A stretch of DNA of 64,000 nt from Auanema rhodensis (taxonomy: Eukaryota > Animalia > Nematoda), in contig OZ059899.1 of assembly GCA_964057225.1 (NCBI GenBank), forward strand, positions 10,230,001 to 10,294,000, read 5' to 3'. Shown here piece by piece: positions 53,357 through 64,000 of the stretch (position 1 is its first letter; every line of letters begins with the position of its first letter). The notes beneath the pieces are model-generated. The model searched no databases. It was given only the letters and a program-made list of their open reading frames with translations, and was not told where the DNA came from. The position numbers and the translations under genes were made by a program.

Positions 53357-56300
53357 TAAATTTTTTTCATTTGACTTGTCATTTACAAAAATCAAATTTA
53401 TCTTCTTCAACGATTATTTTTGCAATGTGTCATAAAAATTTCACAGTTGAACAAAACGTTTTTTAAGAATTTTTTTTGTTGTCAACATATATATTTTCCT
53501 GGAATTCGAAAGCATTTGGGATGGAAATTAGAAAGAAAAGAACTAGTTTTTCCTATTTTAAAACAAACAAAAAAAAATAAAATGAAAAAGATTGTTAGAT
53601 ATTCAATTTAAACTTATACATTTACTTCGATAAAGAGCCTATTAGTTTGAAATTTTATGTCTTACAGTTCTCCAACAGAACAGACTGATCCTGATTTCTC
53701 TATGATTACATAAAACTCTCGTTTGATATAAAAAAAGAAGAGGAATAACGTTTCCAGGATGTCAATGATATCGAATCTAGTGATATTGTAAAAAAATGTA
53801 ATGTCAGCTCCATAGGTTTTCTCTTAATTTCTCTCATCACAATTGTCTTAGTTTTTTTTCTCATAAGAGTTTCTGAAATCTTAGGTGAACAAGGCCGTAT
53901 ATATATTTTCCTGGAATTCGAAAGCATTTGGGATGGAAATTAGAAAGAAAAGAACTAGTTTTTCCTACTTTAAAACAAACAAAAAAAATAAAATGAGAAA
54001 GATTGTTAGATGTCCAATTTAAACTTATACATTTACTTCGATAAAGAGCCTATTAGTTTGAAATTTTATGTCTTACAGTTCTCCAACAGAACAGACTGAT
54101 CCTGATTTCTCTATGATTACATAAAACTCTCGTTTGATATAAAAAAAGAAGAGGAATAACGTTTCCAGGATGTCAATGATATCGAATCTAGTGATATTGT
54201 AGAAAAATGTAATGTCAGCTCCATAGGTTTTCTCTTAATTTCTCTCATCACAATTGTCTTAGTTTTTTTTCTCATAAGAGTTTCTGAAATCTTAGGTGAA
54301 CAAGGCCGTATATATTTTTTTCTGGAATTCGAAAGCATTTGGGATGGAAATTAGAAAGAAAAGAACTAGTTTTTCCTACTTTAAAACAAACAATAAGAAA
54401 TAAAATAAAAAAGATTGTTAGATATCCAATTTAAACTTATACATTTACTTCGATAAAGAGCCTATTAGTTTGAAATTTTATGTCTTACAGTTCTCCAACA
54501 GAACAGACTGATCCTGATTTCTCTATGATTACATAAAACTCTCGTTTGATATAAAAAAAGAAGAGGAATAACGTTTCCAGGATGTCAATGATATCGAATC
54601 TAGTGATATTGTAGAAAAATGTAATGTCAGCTCCATAGGTTTTCTCTTAATTTCTCTCATCACAATTGTCTTAGTTTTTTTTCTCATAAGAGTTTCTGAA
54701 ATCTTAGGTGAACAAGGCCGTATATATTTTTTTCTGGAATTCGAAAACATTTGGGATGGAAATTAGAAGGAAAAGAACTAGTTTTTCCTACTTTAAAACA
54801 AACAATAAGAAAAAAAATAAAAAAGATTGTTAGATATCCAATTTAAACTTATACATTTACTTTGATAAAGAGCCTATTAGTTTGAAATTTTATGTCTTAC
54901 AGTTCTCCAACAGAACAGACTGATCCTGATTTCTCTATGATTACATAAAACTCTCGTTTGATATAAAAAAGAAGAGGAATAACGTTTCCAGGATGTCAAT
55001 GATATCGAATCTAGTGATATTGTAGAAAAATGTAATGTCAGCTCCATAGGTTTTCTCTTAATTTCTCTCATCACAATTGTCTTAGTTTTTTTTCTCATAA
55101 GAGTTTCTGAAATCTTAGGTGAACAAGGCCGTATATATTTTTTTCTGGAATTCGAAAGCATTTGGGATGGAAATTAGAAAGAAAAGAACTAGTTTTTCCT
55201 ACTTTAAAACAAACAATAAGAAATAAAATAAAAAAGATTGTTAGATATCCAATTTAAACTTATACATTTACTTCGATAAAGAGCCTATTAGTTTGAAATT
55301 TTATGTCTTACAGTTCTCCAACAGAACAGACTGATCCTGATTTCTCTATGATTACATAAAACTCTCGTTTGATATAAAAAAAGAAGAGGAATAACGTTTC
55401 CAGGATGTCAATGATATCGAATCTAGTGATATTGTAGAAAAATGTAATGTCAGCTCCATAGGTTTTCTCTTAATTTCTCTCATCACAATTGTCTTAGTTT
55501 TTTTTCTCATAAGAGTTTCTGAAATCTTAGGTGAACAAGGCCGTATATATTTTTTTCTGGAATTCGAAAACATTTGGGATGGAAATTAGAAGGAAAAGAA
55601 CTAGTTTTTCCTACTTTAAAACAAACAATAAGAAATAAAATAAAAAAGATTGTTAGATATCCAATTTAAACTTATACATTTACTTTGATAAAGAGCCTAT
55701 TAGTTTGAAATTTTATGTCTTACAGTTCTCCAACAGAACAGACTGATCCTGATTTCTCTATGATTACATAAAACTCTCGTTTGATATAAAAAAAGAAGAG
55801 GAATAACGTTTCCAGGATGTCAATGATATCGAATCTAGTGATATTGTAGAAAAATGTAATGTCAGCTCCATAGGTTTTCTCTTAATTTCTCTCATCACAA
55901 TTGTCTTTGTTTTTTTTCTCATAAGAGTTTCTGAAATCTTAGGTGAACAAGGCCGTATATATTTTTTTCTGGAATTCGAAAACATTTGGGATGGAAATTA
56001 GAAGGAAAAGAACTAGTTTTTCCTACTTTAAAACAAACAATAAGAAATAAAATAAAAAAGATTGTTAGATATCCAATTTAAACTTATACATTTACTTCGA
56101 TAAAGAGCCTATTAGTTTGAAATTTTATGTCTTACAGTTCTCCAACAGAACAGACTGATCCTGATTTCTCTATGATTACATAAAACTCTCGTTTGATATA
56201 AAAAAGAAGAGGAATAACGTTTCCAGGATGTCAATGATATCGAATCTAGTGATATTGTAGAAAAATGTAATGTCAGCTCCATAGGTTTTCTCTTAATTTC

Positions 56301-57593
56301 TCTCATCACAATTGTCTTAGTTTTTTTTCTCAAAAGAGTTTCTGAAATCTTAGGTGAACAAGGCCGTATATATTTTTTTCTGGAATTCGAAAGCATTTGG
56401 GATGGAAATTATAAAGAAAAGAACTAGTTTTTCCTATTTTAAAACAAACAAAAAAAAATAAAATGAAAAAGATTGTTAGATATCCAATTTAAACTTATAC
56501 ATTTACTTCGATAAAGAGCCTATTAGTTTGAAATTTTATGTCTTACAGTTCTCCAACAGAACAGACTGATCCTGATTTCTCTATGATTACATAAAACTCT
56601 CGTTTGATATAAAAAAGAAGAGGAATAACGTTTCCAGGAAGTCAATGATATCGAATCTAGTGATATTGTAGAAAAATGTAATGTCAGCTCCATAGGTTTT
56701 CTCTTAATTTCTCTCATCACAATTGTCTTAGTTTTTTTTCTCATAAGAGTTTCTGAAATCTTAGGTGAACAAGGCCGTATATTTTTTTTTCTGGAATTCG
56801 AAAACATTTGGGATGGAAATTAAAAGGAAAAGAACTAGTTTTTCCTACTTTAAAACAAACAATAAGAAATAAAATAAAAAAGATTGTTAGATATCTAATT
56901 TAAACTTATACATTTACTTTGATAAAGAGCCTATTAGTTTGAAATTTTATGTCTTACAGTTCTCCAACAGAACAGACTGATCCTGATTTCTCTATGATTA
57001 CATAAAACTCTCGTTTGATATAAAAAAGAAGAGGAATAACGTTTCCAGGATGTCAATGATATCGAATCTAGTGATATTGTAGAAAAATGTAATGTCAGCT
57101 CCATAGGTTTTCTCTTAATTTCTCTCATCACAATTGTCTTAGTTTTTTTTCTCATAAGAGTTTCTGAAATCTTAGGTGAACAAGGCCATATATATTTTTT
57201 TCTGGAATTCGAAAGCATTTGGGATGGAAATTAGAAAGAAAAGAACTAGTTTTTCCTATTTTAAAACAAACAAAAAAAATTAAAATGAAAAAGATTGTTA
57301 GATATCCAATTTAAACTTATACATTTACTTCGATAAAGAGCCTATTAGTTTGAAATTTTATGTCTTACAGTTCTCCAACAGAACAGACTGATCCTGATTT
57401 CTCTATGATTACATAAAACTCTCGTTTGATATACAAAAAGGAGAGGAATAACGTTTCCAGGATATCAATGATATCGAATCTAGTGATATTGTAGAAAAAT
57501 GTAATGTCAGCTCCATAGTTTTTCTCTAAATTTCTCTCATCACAATAGTCTTATTTTTTTTTCATAAGAGTTTCTGAAATCTTAGTTGAACAA

Positions 57594-57666
57594 GGCCGCG
57601 TGGCGCAATGGATAACGCGTCTGCCTACGGAGCAGAAGATTGTAGGTTCGAATCCTGCCGTGGTCG
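57594..57666 (+). tRNA. trnR-ACG: tRNA-Arg(ACG), type A flank
   Basis: Same 73-nt sequence as 816-888, followed by T7. Confidence 0.97.
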
Positions 57667-59024
57667 TAAATTTTTTTCATTTGACTTGTCATTTACAAAA
57701 ATCAAATTTATCTTCTTCAACGATTATTTTTGCAATGTGTCATAAAAATTTCACAGTTGAACAAAACGTTTTTTAAGAATTTTTTTTGTTGTCAACATAT
57801 ATATTTTCCTGGAATTCGAAAGCATTTGGGATGGAAATTAGAAAGAAAAGAACTAGTTTTTCCTATTTTAAAACAAACAAAAAAAAATAAAATGAAAAAG
57901 ATTGTTAGATATTCAATTTAAACTTATACATTTACTTCGATAAAGAGCCTATTAGTTTGAAATTTTATGTCTTACAGTTCTCCAACAGAACAGACTGATC
58001 CTGATTTCTCTATGATTACATAAAACTCTCGTTTGATATAAAAAAAAGAAGAGGAATAACGTTTCCAGGATGTCAATGATATCGAATCTAGTGATATTGT
58101 AGAAAAATGTAATGTCAGCTCCATAGGTTTTCTCTTAATTTCTCTCATCACAATTGTCTTAGTTTTTTTTCTCATAAGAGTTTCTGAAATCTTAGGTGAA
58201 CAAGGCCGTATATATTTTTTTCTGGAATTCGAAAACATTTGGGATGGAAATTAGAAGGAAAAGAACTAGTTTTTCCTACTTTAAAACAAACAATAAGAAA
58301 TAAAATAAAAAAGATTGTTAGATATCCAATTTAAACTTATACATTTACTTTGATAAAGAGCCTATTAGTTTGAAATTTTATGTCTTACAGTTCTCCAACA
58401 GAACAGACTGATCCTGATTTCTCTATGATTACATAAAACTCTCGTTTGATATAAAAAAGAAGAGGAATAACGTTTCCAGGATGTCAATGATATCGAATCT
58501 AGTGATATTGTAGAAAAATGTAATGTCAGCTCCATAGGTTTTCTCTTAATTTCTCTCATCACAATTGTCTTAGTTTTTTTTCTCATAAGAGTTTCTGAAA
58601 TCTTAGGTGAACAAGGCCGTATATATTTTTTTCTGGAATTCGAAAGCATTTGGGATGGAAATTAGAAAGAAAAGAACTAGTTTTTCCTATTTTAAAACAA
58701 ACAAAAAAAAATAAAATGAAAAAGATTGTTAGATATCCAATTTAAACTTATACATTTACTTCGATAAAGAGCCTATTAGTTTGAAATTTTATGTCTTACA
58801 GTTCTCCAACAGAACAGACTGATCCTGATTTCTCTATGATTACATAAAACTCTCGTTTGATATACAAAAAGGAGAGGAATAACGTTTCCAGGATATCAAT
58901 GATATCGAATCTAGTGATATTGTAGAAAAATGTAATGTCAGCTCCATAGTTTTTCTCTAAATTTCTCTCATCACAATAGTCTTATTTTTTTTTCATAAGA
59001 GTTTCTGAAATCTTAGTTGAACAA

Positions 59025-59097
59025 GGCCGCGTGGCGCAATGGATAACGCGTCTGCCTACGGAGCAGAAGATTGTAGGTTCGAATCCTGCCGTGGTCG
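59025..59097 (+). tRNA. trnR-ACG: tRNA-Arg(ACG), type A flank
   Basis: Same 73-nt sequence as 816-888; the trailer reads TGAA-T7 instead of TAAA-T7. Confidence 0.97.
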
Positions 59098-62000
59098 TGA
59101 ATTTTTTTCATTTGACTTGTCATTTACAAAAATCAAATTTATCTTCTTCAACGATTATTTTTGCAATGTGTCATAAAAATTTCACAGTTGAACAAAACGT
59201 TTTTTAAGAATTTTTTTTGTTGTCAACATATATATTTTCCTGGAATTCGAAAGCATTTGGGATGGAAATTAGAAAGAAAAGAACTAGTTTTTCCTATTTT
59301 AAAACAAACAAAAAAAAATAAAATGAAAAAGATTGTTAGATATTCAATTTAAACTTATACATTTACTTCGATAAAGAGCCTATTAGTTTGAAATTTTATG
59401 TCTTACAGTTCTCCAACAGAACAGACTGATCCTGATTTCTCTATGATTACATAAAACTCTCGTTTGATATAAAAAAAAGAAGAGGAATAACGTTTCCAGG
59501 ATGTCAATGATATCGAATCTAGTGATATTGTAGAAAAATGTAATGTCAGCTCCATAGGTTTTCTCTTAATTTCTCTCATCACAATTGTCTTAGTTTTTTT
59601 TCTCATAAGAGTTTCTGAAATCTTAGGTGAACAAGGCCGTATATATTTTTTTCTGGAATTCGAAAACATTTGGGATGGAAATTAGAAGGAAAAGAACTAG
59701 TTTTTCCTACTTTAAAACAAACAATAAGAAATAAAATAAAAAAGATTGTTAGATATCCAATTTAAACTTATACATTTACTTTGATAAAGAGCCTATTAGT
59801 TTGAAATTTTATGTCTTACAGTTCTCCAACAGAACAGACTGATCCTGATTTCTCTATGATTACATAAAACTCTCGTTTGATATAAAAAAGAAGAGGAATA
59901 ACGTTTCCAGGATGTCAATGATATCGAATCTAGTGATATTGTAGAAAAATGTAATGTCAGCTCCATAGGTTTTCTCTTAATTTCTCTCATCACAATTGTC
60001 TTAGTTTTTTTTCTCATAAGAGTTTCTGAAATCTTAGGTGAACAAGGCCGTATATATTTTTTTCTGGAATTCGAAAGCATTTGGGATGGAAATTAGAAAG
60101 AAAAGAACTAGTTTTTCCTATTTTAAAACAAACAAAAAAAAATAAAATGAAAAAGATTGTTAGATATCCAATTTAAACTTATACATTTACTTCGATAAAG
60201 AGCCTATTAGTTTGAAATTTTATGTCTTACAGTTCTCCAACAGAACAGACTGATCCTGATTTCTCTATGATTACATAAAACTCTCGTTTGATATAAAAAA
60301 AGAAGAGGAATAACGTTTCCAGGATGTCAATGATATCGAATCTAGTGATATTGTAAAAAAATGTAATGTCAGCTCCATAGGTTTTCTCTTAATTTCTCTC
60401 ATCACAATTGTCTTAGTTTTTTTTCTCATAAGAGTTTCTGAAATCTTAGGTGAACAAGGCCGTATATATTTTTTTCTGGAATTCGAAAGCATTTGGGATG
60501 GAAATTAGAAAGAAAAGAACTAGTTTTTCCTACTTTAAAACAAACAATAAGAAATAAAATGAAAAAGATTGTTAGATATCCAATTTAAACTTATACATTT
60601 ACTTCGATAAAGAGCCTATTAGTTTGAAATTTTATGTCTTACAGTTCTCCAACAGAACAGACTGATCCTGATTTCTCTATGATTATATAAAACTCTCGTT
60701 TGATATAAAAAAAGAAGAGGAATAACGTTTCCAGGATGTCAATAATATCGAATCTAGTGATATTGTAGAAAAATGTAATGTCAGCTCCATAGGTTTTCTC
60801 TTAATTTCTCTCATCACAATTGTCTTAGTTTTTTTTCTCATAAGAGTTTCTGAAATCTTAGGTGAACAAGGCCGTATATATTTTTTTCTGGAATTCGAAA
60901 GCATTTGGGATGGAAATTAGAAAGAAAAAAACTAGTTTTTCCTACTTTAAAACAAACAATAAGAAATAAAATAAAAAAGATTGTTAGATATCCAATTTAA
61001 ACTTATACATTTACTTCGATAAAGAGCCTATTAGTTTGAAATTTTATGTCTTACAGTTCTCCAACAGAACAGACTGATCCTGATTTCTCTATGATTACAT
61101 AAAACTCTCGTTTGATATAAAAAAAGAAGAGGAATAACGTTTCCAGGATGTCAATGATATCGAATCTAGTGATATTGTAGAAAAATGTAATGTCAGCTCC
61201 ATAGGTTTTCTCTTAATTTCTCTCATCACAATTGTCTTAGTTTTTTTTCTCATAAGAGTTTCTGAAATCTTAGGTGAACAAGGCCGTATATATTTTTTTC
61301 TGGAATTCGAAAACATTTGGGATGGAAATTAGAAGGAAAAGAACTAGTTTTTCCTACTTTAAAACAAACAATAAGAAATAAAATAAAAAAGATTGTTAGA
61401 TATCCAATTTAAACTTATACATTTACTTTGATAAAGAGCCTATTAGTTTAAATTTTATGTCTTACAGTTCTCCAACAGAACAGACTGATCCTGATTTCTC
61501 TATGATTACATAAAACTCTCGTTTGATATAAAAAAGAAGAGGAATAACGTTTCCAGGATGTCAATGATATCGAATCTAGTGATATTGTAGAAAAATGTAA
61601 TGTCAGCTCCATAGGTTTTCTCTTAATTTCTCTCATCACAATTGTCTTAGTTTTTTTTCTCAAAAGAGTTTCTGAAATCTTAGGTGAACAAGGCCGTATA
61701 TATTTTTTTCTGGAATTCGAAAGCATTTGGGATGGAAATTGGAAAGAAAAGAACTAGTTTTTCCTACTTTAAAACAAACAATGAGAAATAAAAAAAAAAG
61801 ATTGTTAGATATCCAATTTAAACTTATACATTTACTTCGATAAAGAGCCTATTAGTTTGAAGTTTTATGTCTTACAGTTCTCCAACAGAACAGACTGATC
61901 CTGATTTCTCTATGATTACATAAAACTCTCGTTTGATATAAAAAAAAGAAGAGGAATAACGTTTCCAGGATGTCAATGATATCGAATCTAGTGATATTGT

Positions 62001-64000
62001 AGAAAAATGTAATGTCAGCTCCATAGGTTTTCTCTTAATTTCTCTCATCACAATTGTCTTAGTTTTTTTCTCATAAGAGTTTCTGAAATCTTAGGTGAAC
62101 AAGGCCGTATATATTTTTTTCTGGAATTCGAAAGCATTTGGGATGGAAATTATAAAGAAAAGAACTAGTTTTTCCTATTTTAAAACAAACAAAAAAAAAT
62201 AAAATGAAAAAGATTGTTAGATATCCAATTTAAACTTATACATTTACTTCGATAAAGAGCCTATTAGTTTGAAATTTTATGTCTTACAGTTCTCCAACAG
62301 AACAGACTGATCCTGATTTCTCTATGATTACATAAAACTCTCGTTTGATATAAAAAAGAAGAGGAATAACGTTTCCAGGATGTCAATGATATCGAATCTA
62401 GTGATATTGTAGAAAAATGTAATGTCAGCTCCATAGGTTTTCTCTTAATTTCTCTCATCACAATTGTCTTAGTTTTTTTTCTCATAAGAGTTTCTGAAAT
62501 CTTAGGTGAACAAGGCCGTATATTTTTTTTTCTGGAATTCGAAAACATTTGGGATGGAAATTAGAAGGAAAAGAACTAGTTTTTCCTACTTTAAAACAAA
62601 CAATAAGAAATAAAATAAAAAAGATTGTTAGATATCCAATTTAAACTTATACATTTACTTTGATAAAGAGCCTATTAGTTTGAAATTTTATGTCTTACAG
62701 TTCTCCAACAGAACAGACTGATCCTGATTTCTCTATGATTACATAAAACTCTCGTTTGATATAAAAAAGAAGAGGAATAACGTTTCCAGGATGTCAATGA
62801 TATCGAATCTAGTGATATTGTAGAAAAATGTAATGTCAGCTCCATAGGTTTTCTCTTAATTTCTCTCATCACAATTGTCTTAGTTTTTTTTCTCATAAGA
62901 GTTTCTGAAATCTTAGGTGAACAAGGCCGTATATATTTTTTTCTGGAATTCGAAAGCATTTGGGATGGAAATTAGAAAGAAAAGAACTAGTTTTTCCTAT
63001 TTTTAAACAAACAAAAAAAAATAAAATGAAAAAGATTGTTAGATATCCAATTTAAACTTATACATTTACTTCGATAAAGAGCCTATTAGTTTGAAATTTT
63101 ATGTCTTACAGTTCTCCAACAGAACAGACTGATCCTGATTTCTCTATGATTACATAAAACTCTCGTTTGATATAAAAAAAGAAGAGGAATAACGTTTCCA
63201 GGATGTCAATGATATCGAATCTAGTGATATTGTAGAAAAATGTAATGTCAGCTCCATAGGTTTTCTCTTAATTTCTCTCATCACAATTGTCTTAGTTTTT
63301 TTTCTCATAAGAGTTTCTGAAATCTTAGGTGAACAAGGCCGTATATATTTTTTTCTGGAATTCGAAAACATTTGGGATGGAAATTAGAAGGAAAAGAACT
63401 AGTTTTTCCTACTTTAAAACAAACAATAAGAAATAAAATAAAAAAGATTGTTAGATATCCAATTTAAACTTATACATTTACTTCGATAAAGAGCCTATTA
63501 GTTTGAAATTTTATGTCTTACAGTTCTCCAACAGAACAGACTGATCCTGATTTCTCTATGATTACATAAAACTCTCGTTTGATATAAAAAAGAAGAGGAA
63601 TAACGTTTCCAGGATGTCAATGATATCGAATCTAGTGATATTGTAGAAAAATGTAATGTCAGCTCCATAGGTTTTCTCTTAATTTCTCTCATCACAATTG
63701 TCTTAGTTTTTTTCTCAAAAGAGTTTCTGAAATCTTAGGTGAACAAGGCCGTATATATTTTTTTCTGGAATTCGAAAGCATTTGGGATGGAAATTATAAA
63801 GAAAAGAACTAGTTTTTCCTATTTTAAAACAAACAAAAAAAATAAAATGAAAAAGATTGTTAGATATCCAATTTAAACTTATACATTTACTTCGATAAAG
63901 AGCCTATTAGTTTGAAATTTTATGTCTTACAGTTCTCCAACAGAACAGACTGATCCTGATTTCTCTATGATTACATAAAACTCTCGTTTGATATAAAAAA

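Larger units (their letters stand above)
56900..60200. repeat. Higher-order repeat, period 1431 bp (1 long + 2 short monomers), ~2.3 copies
   Basis: Offset 1431 (56934/58365/59796, 57594/59025, 57972/59403), with shared A8 and A6 tract variants and GATATTCAAT. Confidence 0.88.
1..64000. repeat. tRNA-Arg(ACG)-derived tandem array/satellite with ~412-bp tRNA-less and ~607-609-bp tRNA-bearing monomers; runs off both window ends
   Basis: The motif ACTGATCCTGATTTCTCTATGATTA recurs throughout at ~412 or ~608 bp spacing, and ORF-track offsets are 410-413 or ~1019-1021 (412 + 607/609). About 143 monomers, all in one orientation, with no unique sequence seen. Confidence 0.99.

Noticed and set aside
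343-59352. Plus-strand 63-67 aa ORFs (MQCVIKISQLNK...) after the tRNAs
   Set aside because: They start at TTG in a eukaryotic context, are K/F-rich because of A/T tracts, and are broken in several copies by A-tract length changes.
1237-63695. About 100 minus-strand 60-94 aa ORFs (MLSNSRKKYIRP...)
   Set aside because: They span the deletion junction, so they exist only in short monomers. They gain stops and frameshifts freely through homopolymer changes and show no recognisable domain; they are repeat by-products.
1-64000. CRISPR-like or cassette array with variable spacers
   Set aside because: The optional 197-bp segment is the same sequence each time, the repeats are ~410 bp long, and there are no cas or integrase genes.
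1-64000. Whole array as an assembly artefact
   Set aside because: Monomers carry structured, region-specific variants and HOR copies differ by a few substitutions, which fits real array evolution. Exact copy numbers and homopolymer lengths still need read validation.

Overview
The whole window is one AT-rich, head-to-tail tandem array with no credible protein-coding gene; every ORF in the track is a by-product of the repeat. Two monomer classes are interleaved. Long monomers (~607-609 bp, 26 copies) each carry an intronless eukaryotic tRNA-Arg(ACG) gene with A/B boxes, no encoded CCA and a T7 Pol III terminator; from memory the sequence looks nematode-like. Short monomers (~410-413 bp, roughly 117 copies) are the same unit with a net 197-bp deletion that removes tRNA positions 6-73 and the 3' trailer, leaving only the first five tRNA bases (GGCCG). 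Of the 26 tRNA copies, 23 look identical and intact, two share a 1-nt acceptor-stem deletion and one has an anticodon-stem mismatch. Monomer variants are arranged in nested higher-order repeats (HORs) of 9821, ~4702, 3700, 2470, 1644 and 1431 bp. tRNA density falls from 20 copies in the first half to 6 in the second. The most interesting reading is a tRNA gene array caught while converting into a gene-less, HOR-structured satellite. All counts and coordinates were read by eye; HOR edges are approximate.
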